A stretch of DNA of 58,003 nucleotides from Lachnospiraceae bacterium (GCA_030524665.1 JAUNGL010000003.1:1-58003); one strand, 5' to 3'; numbered from the stretch's first letter, positions 16,587 to 26,811 are shown. A program made the numbers and translations. Notes: generated by a model not told the origin, from the letters alone.

Positions 16587-18869
16587 ATGAAGTATAACTG
16601 GAAAAGAATGCTGGCGGCATCTTTGTCGGCCTGCATGTGTCTGGGACTTATGGCTGCACCGCAGATGGTATACGGCGAGGAAGGGGATGGATCTGCGATG
16701 GGGCGGTATCTGGAGCAGGACCTGGATATTCCGGACGTTATGGTTCGGGATATTGCGCGGTTGGAGGATGGTACGATCCGCCTGCTGGGAGGACCTTCAA
16801 TGGAGAGTGAAGAGGACGGCAGTCCTTATACGATGTGGGACAGTACGGACGGTGGTGAAACGTGGGAACAGGCGGCAGTGCTTCCGGAGGAATTTGATGA
16901 TGCATATTTTATGGATATGACGCTTGCATCGGACGGAAGCGCGGCGGGTATCCTGTATTCGGCGACAGAATCTGAAGATGGAAATTATGACACCGGTTTC
17001 CAGTATTATGTGTTTGCTGCGGACGGTACACCGACGAAACTGGAAGTGCCGGAGGATACGATGCTGCAGTATCTGAGATTCGGCAGCCAGGGTGAGCTGA
17101 TCGGGCAGACGTTTGACAACAGTGCGGTTCGGATCAATACGGAGAGCGGGGAGATTGAGCAGACCTTTCCAGCTGCAGGAGAATACCTGAATCTGATTGG
17201 AGTCTGTGGTCAGGAACTGTTGATGATCGGGGCGGATGTACAGCGGTATGATATCGCTTCAGGGGAGCCTCTTTCATTTGATCAGGTTCTGAATGACCAG
17301 ATGATGAATGGGGAAGTCAGCTATTCCATTACCAGCACAAGCACCATTCCGGTAGATTTTGACTGGACGGAGGACGGAAGAATCTATTACTGCAACCGGC
17401 AGGGAATATTCGGACATGTGCCGGATGGCAGTGTGGTAGAAGAAATTGTGGACGGAGATATGACATCTTTGTCCAGCCCGAGCGTTGGCCTGATCGCAAT
17501 GGCTGTCTCGGATGGTGAGTTTTATGTTGCTTATCAGGCAGACGGTCCTCAGACGAAGGTTATGAAGTACGTATATTCCGCAGATACGCCGACGGTTCCG
17601 GATAAAGAGCTGACGGTCTACTCACTGGAAGAGAATGCAGAAATCCGTCAGGCGATTGTCACATATCAGAAGAAGCAGCCGGATACGATGGTGCATTATG
17701 AAATCGGACTGAGCGGCGAGGATGGTGTGACTGCATCAGACGCACTGCGCACACTGAATACAGATATTATGGCAGGCAACGGACCGGATGTGCTGGTACT
17801 GGATGGAATGCCGATTGCTTCTTATATAGAAAAGGGCGTGCTCACTGATCTCGGAGAGATCCGGAAAGAAGTCCAGGAAACGGACGGCCTTCTTAATGCG
17901 ATGACGACGGCCTGGGAACAGGAAGGTGTGCCGTATGCGCTTCCGATCCGGTTCCAGGTGCCTGCGCTGGAGGGAAAATCAGAACTGATCGGGAAAGCAG
18001 AGAATCTGGAGCAGCTTGCAGATATGATCGAGGAGACTTCTGCCGACGGGACTCCTGCGCTTGGCACGTCAGAGACCGCAGTCTTTCCATATATGCTTTA
18101 TCCGGTCTGCGCGGGCGCCTGGAGGAATGAAGACGGAACAGTAAATCAGGACAGTCTGCTGGAATATATGACATTGGTCAAACGCGTATATGACAGCCAG
18201 ATGGAGGGCCGTTCGGAGGAAGAGTCTTCCATGATCGGGATGTATTCCAATTATTTTATGGGAGATGCGGATTACATGTTTACTCTGGGTGCGGGAATGC
18301 TTTCCTTTCTGGAAGAAAGCAGAAGCCTGAGTCTTGGAGTTCTTGCAGATGTTCATGATCTGAACTGCATTACTTCAGTGAAGAAGAAAACAGGTGACTG
18401 TGAGTTCCAGCTTCTTCCGGGGCAGCAGGAGAATGTCTTTATTCCGTCTGGACTGATCGGGATTAACAGCATGACAAAGAATTCGGACAGTGCACAGGAT
18501 TTTGTGAAGTATCTGTTTTCAAAAGAGGCACAGTCACAGGCTCTGTATGGGGGATTTCCTCTGAACCGGAGTGCTCTTGAGGCAATCCTGTCCCAGATGG
18601 AGCCGGGTACTGATACAAATGAAGCGTTTTTCAGCTCTAACCAGGCTACGGGTGAGTCTGTAGAAGTCGTTATTTCCTGGATGTCTCAGGAAGTTCTGGA
18701 TCAGTTCCTGAGCTATGTGGAACAGCTTGATACGGCGGCGGACACAGATACCATTCTGAGGGACGCGGTATATGCCCAGATGCAGGATTGCCTGAATGGA
18801 AACATCAGTCCGGAGGATGCAGTCAATGCAGTCATGCAGACTGTGAATTTGTATCTGGCGGAAGGCTGA
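16587..18869 (+). CDS. Large extracellular solute-binding protein (beta-rich N-terminal region plus C-terminal CUT1-type SBP domain)
   Basis: Signal peptide; MGRYLE and STDGGETW (Asp-box-like) in the N-terminal half; LNTDIMAGNGPDVL, GVLTDL, A.DFVKYL and VNLYLAE in the C-terminal half. Confidence 0.82.
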   Translation: MKYNWKRMLAASLSACMCLGLMAAPQMVYGEEGDGSAMGRYLEQDLDIPDVMVRDIARLEDGTIRLLGGPSMESEEDGSPYTMWDSTDGGETWEQAAVLPEEFDDAYFMDMTLASDGSAAGILYSATESEDGNYDTGFQYYVFAADGTPTKLEVPEDTMLQYLRFGSQGELIGQTFDNSAVRINTESGEIEQTFPAAGEYLNLIGVCGQELLMIGADVQRYDIASGEPLSFDQVLNDQMMNGEVSYSITSTSTIPVDFDWTEDGRIYYCNRQGIFGHVPDGSVVEEIVDGDMTSLSSPSVGLIAMAVSDGEFYVAYQADGPQTKVMKYVYSADTPTVPDKELTVYSLEENAEIRQAIVTYQKKQPDTMVHYEIGLSGEDGVTASDALRTLNTDIMAGNGPDVLVLDGMPIASYIEKGVLTDLGEIRKEVQETDGLLNAMTTAWEQEGVPYALPIRFQVPALEGKSELIGKAENLEQLADMIEETSADGTPALGTSETAVFPYMLYPVCAGAWRNEDGTVNQDSLLEYMTLVKRVYDSQMEGRSEEESSMIGMYSNYFMGDADYMFTLGAGMLSFLEESRSLSLGVLADVHDLNCITSVKKKTGDCEFQLLPGQQENVFIPSGLIGINSMTKNSDSAQDFVKYLFSKEAQSQALYGGFPLNRSALEAILSQMEPGTDTNEAFFSSNQATGESVEVVISWMSQEVLDQFLSYVEQLDTAADTDTILRDAVYAQMQDCLNGNISPEDAVNAVMQTVNLYLAEG

Positions 18870-18881
18870 TAACGGATTATC

Positions 18882-19730
18882 ATGAAAAGAAAGAAACGAA
18901 GCGGCTGGGCAGGGATATTGTTTCTCCTGCCCAGCCTGGCAGGGGTATCTATATTTGTGCTCGTACCGTTTCTGGATGTCATCCGGCGCTCTTTTACAGC
19001 GGCGGTTACCGGTGCCTGGGTGGGACTTGCGAATTACCGGACTGTATTTGCGAATACAGCATTCCGGCTGGCTGCCTCCAATACCGTGCGGTTTACCCTT
19101 GCCTGCCTGCCTTTGCTGATTGTAATTTCTCTGGCGCTGGCGGTGCTGCTGCAGAGTCTGACCTTCGGGAAAAATCTGATGAAGAGCGTATATCTGATGC
19201 CGATGGCTGTACCTGCGGCATCGGTAGTGCTTGTATGGAAGGTGTTGTTTCACAGCCGCGGTTTGCTGAATGGTCTGCTGCAAAAGCTGGGTTTTGAAGG
19301 AATCGGATGGATGAGCACCGATTATGCGTTTGTGGTTCTGGTCATCAGCTATCTCTGGAAAAATCTCGGATATGATATGATTCTCTGGATGGCTGGTCTG
19401 GCAGGGATTCCGGTTGAGATTTATGAGGCAGCGCGCGTGGACGGAGCCGGAGAATGGAGTTGTTTTCTGAGAATTACGCTGCCGAACCTGAAGTCTTCCC
19501 TGTACACGATTACGGTGCTTTCCTTTCTGAATTCCTTTAAGGCATTTCGGGAGGCGTGGCTCGTGGCGGGGGATTATCCGCATCAGAGTATGTATCTTCT
19601 GCAGCATCTCTACAGCAACTGGTTCCGTGATATGTCCTTTGACAAGATTTCTGCGGCTGCGGTTGTCACAGCGCTTATTGTATTTGTGTTGATTATGCTG
19701 CTGCAGAAGGCGTGGGACGGAGCTGAGTAA
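18882..19730 (+). CDS. Carbohydrate-type ABC permease (MalF-like)
   Basis: WVGLANY, WKNLGYDMIL, EAA motif IYEAARVDGAG, ITLPNL. Confidence 0.9.
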   Translation: MKRKKRSGWAGILFLLPSLAGVSIFVLVPFLDVIRRSFTAAVTGAWVGLANYRTVFANTAFRLAASNTVRFTLACLPLLIVISLALAVLLQSLTFGKNLMKSVYLMPMAVPAASVVLVWKVLFHSRGLLNGLLQKLGFEGIGWMSTDYAFVVLVISYLWKNLGYDMILWMAGLAGIPVEIYEAARVDGAGEWSCFLRITLPNLKSSLYTITVLSFLNSFKAFREAWLVAGDYPHQSMYLLQHLYSNWFRDMSFDKISAAAVVTALIVFVLIMLLQKAWDGAE

Positions 19731-19793
19731 ATGAGAAAGGAATCACCTGGCAGTATCGCTATGACGGATGTGCTGGAAAATGTATCGGCAGAT

Positions 19794-19902
19794 GAATGAC
19801 AGGTGATCAAAAGCGGCTGCGATTGACTGGCAGGTGATCCGGGAAAAGCCGCTGCGGTCGAATGACAGTGATACGAAAAAAGCTGCTGTGTCCAATGACA
19901 GA
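19794..19902 (+). repeat. Degenerate 31-35 bp tandem repeat in an intra-operon gap
   Basis: Units start at 19794, 19825, 19860 and (partial) 19893; consensus about GAATGACAGGTGATC..AAAAGC.GCTGCG.T. Confidence 0.5.
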
Positions 19903-19994
19903 TATTGGAATATAGTGCGGGATTTTGGACATCGGGCAGGAGAAATGGGAATAGAGCGGTTTTAGAAGGATACCGGAGCGGGGAGGAGTACAGA

Positions 19995-20846
19995 GTGAAA
20001 AAGAAAGTGATACATATTCTGATATTTGCTGTGCTGTGTGTGCCGGCAGCGATCATCTGCTATCCGGTGCTGTTCGCCATTTCCGGTGTTTTCATGTCCC
20101 AGTATGAATTGAAGCAATATCTGGAACCTGTGCTCGGTGGGGCTGATGGAATGGCGCGCTGGTCTATGATTCCGCAGATACCGACGCTGGAACCACTTGT
20201 GAAGCTTTTGATCGATTCTCCGCAGTTTTTTGTGATGTTCTGGAATTCCGTAAAGCTGACAGTCGGGATTCTTGCGGGGCAGGTACTGGTAGGCGTGCCG
20301 GCAGCCTGGGGACTGGCACGGTTTTCCTTCCCGGGGCAGCGATTTTTCTATACGCTGTATCTGATTCTGATGCTGATGCCGTTTCAGGTGCTGATGCTGC
20401 CGGAATACATTGTGCTTGACAGGCTGAAGCTGCTCGATACTCATGCAGGAATTATTCTCCCGGCGGTATTTTCTACATTTCCTGTATTCATCATGTATCG
20501 CTTTTTTCATGGAATTCCGGAAGCGGTTCTGGAAGCGGCTAGAATCGACGGCGCAGGAAATTTTCAGGTTTTTGTATGGATCGGCATACCACTTGGATCA
20601 GCAGGTATCGCGTCTGCAGTGATTCTCGGATTTCTGGAATACTGGAACATGATTGAGCAGCCGATGACCTATCTGAAGACAAAATCTCTTTGGCCGTTAT
20701 CTCTGTATCTGCCGGAGATCGGATTGGAGGAAGCGGCGACCGGATTTACGGCGGCAGTTATGATGCTGATACCGGCGCTGCTCGTATTTTTAGGTGGACA
20801 GGAATATCTGGAACAGGGAATTGCGGCAGCGGCGGTGAAAGAATGA
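19995..20846 (+). CDS. Carbohydrate-type ABC permease (MalG-like)
   Basis: FWNSVKL, LMLMPFQV, EAA motif LEAARIDGAG, WNMIEQP; GGAGG precedes GTG 19995. Confidence 0.9.
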   Translation: MKKKVIHILIFAVLCVPAAIICYPVLFAISGVFMSQYELKQYLEPVLGGADGMARWSMIPQIPTLEPLVKLLIDSPQFFVMFWNSVKLTVGILAGQVLVGVPAAWGLARFSFPGQRFFYTLYLILMLMPFQVLMLPEYIVLDRLKLLDTHAGIILPAVFSTFPVFIMYRFFHGIPEAVLEAARIDGAGNFQVFVWIGIPLGSAGIASAVILGFLEYWNMIEQPMTYLKTKSLWPLSLYLPEIGLEEAATGFTAAVMMLIPALLVFLGGQEYLEQGIAAAAVKE

Positions 20847-23305
20847 AAAATAAAGAGGTGAATGGTTTGAAGAAGAAACGTCTGGTCAGCATGGTTACCA
20901 TATTTTTGGTATTGATGCTTTTGTTTACAGGATTATCACGCGCAGCAGATGCTGCAGGAATCGCAAATGTATCTGTCGGACGTCCTCAGAATATGATGAT
21001 TTCCCACGAGGTGCGCGGAACGGGAAAGGTACAGCAAAATCAGGAGTGTGCAGTTGTGACAGAAGCAGATCAGCGCGTAACCTCCATTCTGGTAAACGAA
21101 GGGGAACAGGTGGAAAAGGGTGATGTTCTGTTTGAAGTCGACACGAAGCTTTTGGATGAAAAAATCCTGTATCAGAAGCAGGAGATGAAGAAACTGGAGC
21201 TTCAGAAGGGAGATGCCGACAGCCAGAAGTCAGTCAGAGCGCAGCAGAAAGCAAATGAGCAGGCTCAGGCTGCGGAAAACTCTGCGCTTGCATCCGGAAG
21301 AGCAGGAACGGCCCTGTCCCATGCAAAATCAAATCTGAGTGATGCGAAGAAAGCATTGAGTGATTACCGGAAGAAAGCAGGTGTGAGTCAGGAAGAGAGC
21401 GCAGCGGAAGAAGAACTGACAAAAATCTGTGAGGAGCGTGCTGAAGATTATATTGAAGCACAGCAGGTATTGAAAACACTTGAATGGCGGATTGAAAAAG
21501 CAGTGGATGATGCACTGACACTGGCGAAACAGGGCATAAGTGCCGGGCTTACGGCAAATAATTCTGTGAAGACTCAGGCCGCCGAGGATATTATAATAGA
21601 AGATATGGAGAACGAGCCTCAGATGCCAGTGGCGGAGTCTTTTTCTTCTGGGGTGGAATCAGCAAATACTGAGGCAGAAGCTTACAGTGATATACAGGAT
21701 ATTACGATCAATGAAGTTATGCCGATAGGAGATGATAGCGGAAGCCTTGCAGACAGCCTGACAGGAGCGGGCTCAGAAATGAACAGCAGTACAGACATTT
21801 TGGCAGGTATTACTCCTCAGACAAACAGCAGTGCAAATGGTCTTGAGGGAACCGCCCCGGAAACGGACGGCAGTGCAAATAGTCTTGCGGGAATCGTCCC
21901 GGAAACGGACAGTAGTATAAATGATTTTGTGGGAGTCATCCCTGAAACAGACAGCGGTGCAAATGATGTTGCAGGAAGCCCGGAAATAAACAGCGGGACA
22001 GGCAATTCGGCGGAGATGAATACGGAAACAGACGATACATCAGGAAATCTGATAGAAATAGATCCGGAAGACAATCATCTGACGGGAGTAAATAACGTAA
22101 CAGATCCGGCAGGAAGCGGCCAGGGAGGAAGCAACTCTGAGATAGAAGGTACTGAAAATAATGGTTCTGATACGTATCCAGAGGAGCAGGATATCATTCT
22201 GGACGAAATAGTTTCGAGTACGGAATCAGGTATGGGGACGGATCTTTTGACGGAGGGAAACAGCAACGGAAAGAAAGAGACGGAAAAAGAATCTCAGAGC
22301 CCCGGCTCCGAGCAGACATTTACTCCGCCAACACAGGAAAAACTTGAAGAGATCGAAAAAAAGGTGCGTGACAGCTATGCCTCCCAGTTGGAAACAGCCA
22401 GAAAGAATGTATCAGATACATTAGCTGCAAAACAGAAAGCAGAGCAGGCACTTGCTGTTTACCAGCAAGAAGCAATGGCAGCCCGCAAGACTAAAAATGC
22501 AGAGGAAGAACAGCAGTTAATTCTTGCAGTAAAATCAGCACAGGAAGCATATGAGAACGCGGCAATCGCAGCGAATGAGGCGGCTGTGACGGGAAACCGT
22601 GGGATACAGACAGCAGGCATTCCGGATGCAAGTGACAGTACGGCTGATATTTATGAATTGACTTATGAACAGATGGAGCTGGCGCTTTCGAAGCTGGAAG
22701 AGCTGAAGAAGCAAAATGGAAAGGTAAAAGCCCCGGTAGACGGGATTGTCACCAAAATCAATATTACTGCCGGAGAAAAGACTGTGGATGGAACAGCGGT
22801 TCTGTTGGCAGATTTGGGAAAAGGACTGCGTTTTACGGCACAGATTACACAGGATCAGGAGAAATACGTCGGACGCGGAGATCTGGTCACGCTGAAAAGC
22901 GGAGATGGGAAAACGACACTGGAAGAGCTGGCCGTCGATTCCGTCACGGATGATATGGAAAATGAAGGAGTCTGCCTGATAACAGTTCAGGTTCCGGAAA
23001 ATACACTTGAAATGGGAGAGTCCGCAACACTTACGCTGGTAAAAAAGTCTGAAGTGTATCCGGTTTGTGTCCCGCTTTCCGCACTGCATCTGGATGAGAG
23101 GAATCAGGCCTATGTATTGATTGCTCAGGAAGTACAGTCAATCCTTGGCACAGAGAGGGTAGCATATAAGGTACCTGTCACCGTGGCAGAAAAGAACGAA
23201 ACGTATGCGGCGCTGGTACAGGGAGGGATTTCCAGTGATCAGGAAATTATCGTTTCATCTGATAAGGCGCTGTCGGAGGGCAGCCGGGTAAGGCTGAAGG
23301 AATAG
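20843..23305 (+). CDS. Membrane-fusion (HlyD/RND adaptor-type) protein with a large acidic insert
   Basis: N-terminal TM; lipoyl half-motifs ILVNEGEQVEKGDVLFEVD and VKAPVDGIVTKINITAGE; CVPLSALH; LSEGSRVRL. ATG 20843 overlaps the previous stop (ATGA). Confidence 0.85.
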   Translation: MKNKEVNGLKKKRLVSMVTIFLVLMLLFTGLSRAADAAGIANVSVGRPQNMMISHEVRGTGKVQQNQECAVVTEADQRVTSILVNEGEQVEKGDVLFEVDTKLLDEKILYQKQEMKKLELQKGDADSQKSVRAQQKANEQAQAAENSALASGRAGTALSHAKSNLSDAKKALSDYRKKAGVSQEESAAEEELTKICEERAEDYIEAQQVLKTLEWRIEKAVDDALTLAKQGISAGLTANNSVKTQAAEDIIIEDMENEPQMPVAESFSSGVESANTEAEAYSDIQDITINEVMPIGDDSGSLADSLTGAGSEMNSSTDILAGITPQTNSSANGLEGTAPETDGSANSLAGIVPETDSSINDFVGVIPETDSGANDVAGSPEINSGTGNSAEMNTETDDTSGNLIEIDPEDNHLTGVNNVTDPAGSGQGGSNSEIEGTENNGSDTYPEEQDIILDEIVSSTESGMGTDLLTEGNSNGKKETEKESQSPGSEQTFTPPTQEKLEEIEKKVRDSYASQLETARKNVSDTLAAKQKAEQALAVYQQEAMAARKTKNAEEEQQLILAVKSAQEAYENAAIAANEAAVTGNRGIQTAGIPDASDSTADIYELTYEQMELALSKLEELKKQNGKVKAPVDGIVTKINITAGEKTVDGTAVLLADLGKGLRFTAQITQDQEKYVGRGDLVTLKSGDGKTTLEELAVDSVTDDMENEGVCLITVQVPENTLEMGESATLTLVKKSEVYPVCVPLSALHLDERNQAYVLIAQEVQSILGTERVAYKVPVTVAEKNETYAALVQGGISSDQEIIVSSDKALSEGSRVRLKE
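21758..22006 (+). repeat. 42-bp (14-aa) coding tandem repeat, about 6 degenerate units
   Basis: Units at 21758, 21800, 21842, 21884, 21926 and 21968, e.g. LAGITPQTNSSANG / LEGTAPETDGSANS / LAGIVPETDSSIND / FVGVIPETDSGAND. Confidence 0.85.
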
Positions 23306-23310
23306 CAGAG

Positions 23311-24333
23311 GTGGATATCAGGATGAAATGGTTCCGGAATTTGTCAGTCGTATTAGTGACCGTCGTGTTATATCTTCTGGCCGTCCAGAGCAGCATCAGA
23401 GTAAAAGAAACGTCTGATATCATAACAATCCTGCTGAAGGAACAGAAATTAGATGCCGGACAGGCAAAGGAGATACAGCAGCTGGAGTATGAAGAAGAAA
23501 CTCCGATTGAACTGAATTGTTGGGGAGAGGCTGGAGAGATTAGTGCAGAATGCAAAGAAAACGGACATAGAATCCGCGCACTTCTGGTATTGACCAGTGA
23601 GAAGACAGAATTGATTGTACCGGAATCCTATTTACTTGTATGGCAGGAGAACGGCTGCTTTGTGGATCGGATCACAGCATCAGAATTGTTTGGTACGGAA
23701 CAGGCGGCTGGACAGATCCTCTGGTGTGACGGACAGGCTTATATAGTCTGCGGAACATTTGAGAGCCTCAGAAGAACCATCCTGCGCCGGGCAGAGAAAG
23801 CAGATGGTCAGATACTTACAACAATTTCCTGCCGCATCTCGGAGGAAGGCAGTGCTGCCGGAAGTGCGGAAGCATTTCTGATGCGCCATGGATTGACAGG
23901 GACGTGTATAGATTTTACATATTTTGGCTGTCTGAGTCATGATATTCTGCTTTTGCTGCCTATTTGGCTTGCAGTGAGACTGATCTGCAGAATGAAGAGA
24001 ATGTGCAGGGAATACTCTGATTCTTTGAATTCTGCAGAGCCGTATGTTTCTCAGATCCGTTGTGTCATAATGTATATTTTCCCAATCCTTACGGCAGCCG
24101 CAACTCTTTGGTTCCTGTGGAAACAGTTTAGAGTACCAAAGGATATGATACCGACCGTATGGTCTGATTTCTCCTTTTGGGAGAGCTGGTGGGAAACGCA
24201 GCGCACAAATCTGGTAACAATGTGTGCAACAGCTCAGGGGGAAGCACAGCTGATGATGCTGTACTCGTTTTATAAATCTATATGCTGCGCGGTCGGGGCG
24301 TTAGGTACCTTTGCTTTGATTTCTGACAAATAA
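23311..24333 (+). CDS. Membrane protein with MacB-like extracytoplasmic core (ABC permease-like)
   Basis: N-terminal TM; CFVDRITASELFGT...GQIL..DGQAYIVCG resembles the MacB periplasmic core; C-terminal TMs with IPTVWSDFSFW. ATG 23323 is an alternative start. Confidence 0.65.
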   Translation: MDIRMKWFRNLSVVLVTVVLYLLAVQSSIRVKETSDIITILLKEQKLDAGQAKEIQQLEYEEETPIELNCWGEAGEISAECKENGHRIRALLVLTSEKTELIVPESYLLVWQENGCFVDRITASELFGTEQAAGQILWCDGQAYIVCGTFESLRRTILRRAEKADGQILTTISCRISEEGSAAGSAEAFLMRHGLTGTCIDFTYFGCLSHDILLLLPIWLAVRLICRMKRMCREYSDSLNSAEPYVSQIRCVIMYIFPILTAAATLWFLWKQFRVPKDMIPTVWSDFSFWESWWETQRTNLVTMCATAQGEAQLMMLYSFYKSICCAVGALGTFALISDK

Positions 24334-24413
24334 GAAATGCAGAAGTTCGGGCATCTGTTGAGGACGGCTGTCGGCTGAGATCTCAATCACCAGTGCAACA
24401 GCCTTATGTGATG

Positions 24414-25601
24414 TTATAAAAAATTAATACAGATTTCAACCACTTCACAATCTGTTCCGACACGCATCGCAGGTCCCCATACTCCGACACCGGAAGTAAC
24501 GATACTGGTCATACGGTCTTTTTCGAGCATTCCACAGGAGTTCTCCCAACGGAGTCTGGTGACAAGAGTACCGGGAAAGAGCTGGCCGTCATGTGTGTGA
24601 CCGGAGAGATCCAGATCAAAGCCTGCATCAGCCAGTTCCTGCAGCTCGGCTGGCTGGTGATCTATTACAATCATCGGGAGTGAGGAATCGAGACCAGCGG
24701 CAAGCTCTGCAGGAGTGCTGCGTACCAGACCGGATTTTTCTTCTGTGGAAAGATCGCGCCGTCCGGTCAGATAGAATGCATTGTCAATCAATATGGACTG
24801 GTCAGTCAGAAGCCGGATGCCGGAATCTTCGAGAAACTGATCCATCCGGGGATCACTTCGGATCGTTTTATCTCCTTTGGCAAACGTAAAACCGGCCAGA
24901 ATCAGCTCATCAATATCGTGATTTCCCCAACAGGCATACGCACCGTAAGTACTTTTCATTTGAAGAAGTGTATTCCGGATCTGTTCCGGATTCTGTACCG
25001 TATCAAAATCATTGTCAAAGATATCTCCCGCTAACACAATCAAATCCGGCTGCATAGAATTGATCATGCGCACCATTTGGCTGATTTGGCGGTCATTGAC
25101 ACTGTATCCAAGGTGCAGATCAGCAACGAGGGCAATTTTTAGCCCGGGAAGAGAAGACTCTTTTGAAACAGAGACTTTATAGGAAGTTCTTTTTATATGG
25201 TTAGCATGGCAGATTCCATAGATAGAAATCAAGACTGTCAGAACCAGAATCACGGCACCGCCGATTCTCAGGGCAGGGGCACTGACCGGGGTCAGAATCT
25301 TTTGATGGTGAAACAAAAGAAATAGAATCCGGATCAATTCCGTCACCAGCATCAGGATCAGAAGGTACATCAGTGTTCCGAACCAGTAATTGCTGATACG
25401 TTTTGTGAACACCTGTATTCTTCCGCGCAGAAAAGCAGCCGACAACGGAGTCAGGCAGACCAGAACATAGCAGGCAGTAAAGGGAATGACGAAGCAGCGC
25501 CGGCCGAGAAAACCGTGCAGTGTTGCAAACCACTCAAGCAGACGGCGGACAAGATACAGATTCAGCAGTAGATAAAGGGGGGAAAGAAAAATAGCAATCA
25601 T
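24414..25601 (-). CDS. Membrane-anchored metallophosphoesterase (YkuE-like)
   Basis: N-terminal TMs; DLHLG, GDIFD, GNHD, DHQP and SGHTHDGQ motifs. Confidence 0.92.
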   Translation of the reverse strand: MIAIFLSPLYLLLNLYLVRRLLEWFATLHGFLGRRCFVIPFTACYVLVCLTPLSAAFLRGRIQVFTKRISNYWFGTLMYLLILMLVTELIRILFLLFHHQKILTPVSAPALRIGGAVILVLTVLISIYGICHANHIKRTSYKVSVSKESSLPGLKIALVADLHLGYSVNDRQISQMVRMINSMQPDLIVLAGDIFDNDFDTVQNPEQIRNTLLQMKSTYGAYACWGNHDIDELILAGFTFAKGDKTIRSDPRMDQFLEDSGIRLLTDQSILIDNAFYLTGRRDLSTEEKSGLVRSTPAELAAGLDSSLPMIVIDHQPAELQELADAGFDLDLSGHTHDGQLFPGTLVTRLRWENSCGMLEKDRMTSIVTSGVGVWGPAMRVGTDCEVVEICINFL

Positions 25602-25620
25602 GGCGGATCCTCACATATAA

Positions 25621-25649
25621 AAAACGGGGAAACCTGGTTTCCCCGTTTT
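25621..25649 (-). terminator. Intrinsic terminator after the 25675-26682 gene
   Basis: AAAACGGGGAAACC-T-GGTTTCCCCGTTTT perfect stem with T-tracts on both strands. Confidence 0.8.
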
Positions 25650-25674
25650 GTGTTGCAGGTGATTTTGATTCAGA

Positions 25675-26682
25675 TTATTCAGATACAGCCTCAGTCACAG
25701 CTTCAGTTGTAGCTTCGGTAGCTACTTCTGCGGAAACATCTGTGTTTTCTACGAGCTCTTCCAGAGATGAAGCCTCGCCTGATTCTACAGCAGCAAGAGC
25801 TTCTTCCGGAACGGTGATGTCATTTGCTTCACCGTATGTCATAGTTGCATCTACGGAAACATCATTCAGAGCGATCTCTACAGAAGAACCTTCTGCCATC
25901 TGTCCCATAGCCATAGCTGCATACTGGTTGATTGCGCTCATATCGCTGTCATTCAGATCCATATGGAATTTTACCGGAAGGTAAGTAGCAGCATCTACAT
26001 AGTACTCAAGCTTCATCTTGAGTCCGCCAAGCATGGAAAGAACCATCTGTACATTCTCATCAGAAGTAAGATCCTGACCAGTCATCTCTGCTGATTTGGT
26101 AATCATTGTATTGAAAGATTCGGAATCAATTACAGTAGAGAGCAGGTAGCATTCTGTACCGTTCACATCTACAGCTTCCGGAGCGAGCTCAAAATTCATT
26201 CCCCACTCAGAGTAATCGATATTGGCAGATGCTTCCATCAGGGATGCCATATCCAGACCGCTCATATCGGAAGATTCATATTCCCATCCGCTTTCGCCTG
26301 ATGTAGAATCTTCTGTGTATACGTATGTGTTGAACTGCTGGTTCTCGTCAGTTACACCATACATCTTCATAGCGATAGTTTCGTTCTGTCCAAGACCGGA
26401 AACTGTCATGGAACCATCCATGGACATTGCAAGCGGATCCATGTTCATAGCCATGTCAAAGTCACCGCTCATAGCTACGTTGAGTGTAGAAGTTGTAGTG
26501 CCGTCACTAATATTTACGCCGACATTTACGTTCATTCCCATATCCATGACTGCGCCGGCTGCATCCTTGGAAGCTGCCTGCATCTTCTCAAGAAGACCGT
26601 CAGCAGTCTCAGCGCTGTCAAATCCGAAAAGCATAGATGCAGTTCCGAGTGCTGCAAGACAAAATAAAATTCTCTTTTTCAT
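25675..26682 (-). CDS. Secreted acidic protein, DUF6612/LolA-like fold candidate
   Basis: MKKRILF signal peptide with AGAGAGG SD; V+GTECY.L, YYVDAATYLPVK and ITVPEEAL motifs; ATTE/VTE-repeat tail. Confidence 0.6.
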   Translation of the reverse strand: MKKRILFCLAALGTASMLFGFDSAETADGLLEKMQAASKDAAGAVMDMGMNVNVGVNISDGTTTSTLNVAMSGDFDMAMNMDPLAMSMDGSMTVSGLGQNETIAMKMYGVTDENQQFNTYVYTEDSTSGESGWEYESSDMSGLDMASLMEASANIDYSEWGMNFELAPEAVDVNGTECYLLSTVIDSESFNTMITKSAEMTGQDLTSDENVQMVLSMLGGLKMKLEYYVDAATYLPVKFHMDLNDSDMSAINQYAAMAMGQMAEGSSVEIALNDVSVDATMTYGEANDITVPEEALAAVESGEASSLEELVENTDVSAEVATEATTEAVTEAVSE

Positions 26683-26811
26683 TTTAAAACCCTCTCTTTT
26701 AAAAAATGAATTTATGTATACAGTCGAAGTATAGCACTTTTCCAAAAAGGTGTCTACTGGAATTCTGACGGAAACGGAAAATTTAAGGAAATATTCCTAT
26801 ACTGTGCAGCT

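Noticed and set aside
18534-19607. 357-aa minus-strand ORF
   Set aside because: Antisense shadow of the SBP and permease genes; no motifs.
19794-19902. Possible mini-CRISPR array
   Set aside because: Units are degenerate and adjacent with no unique spacers; no cas genes in the window.
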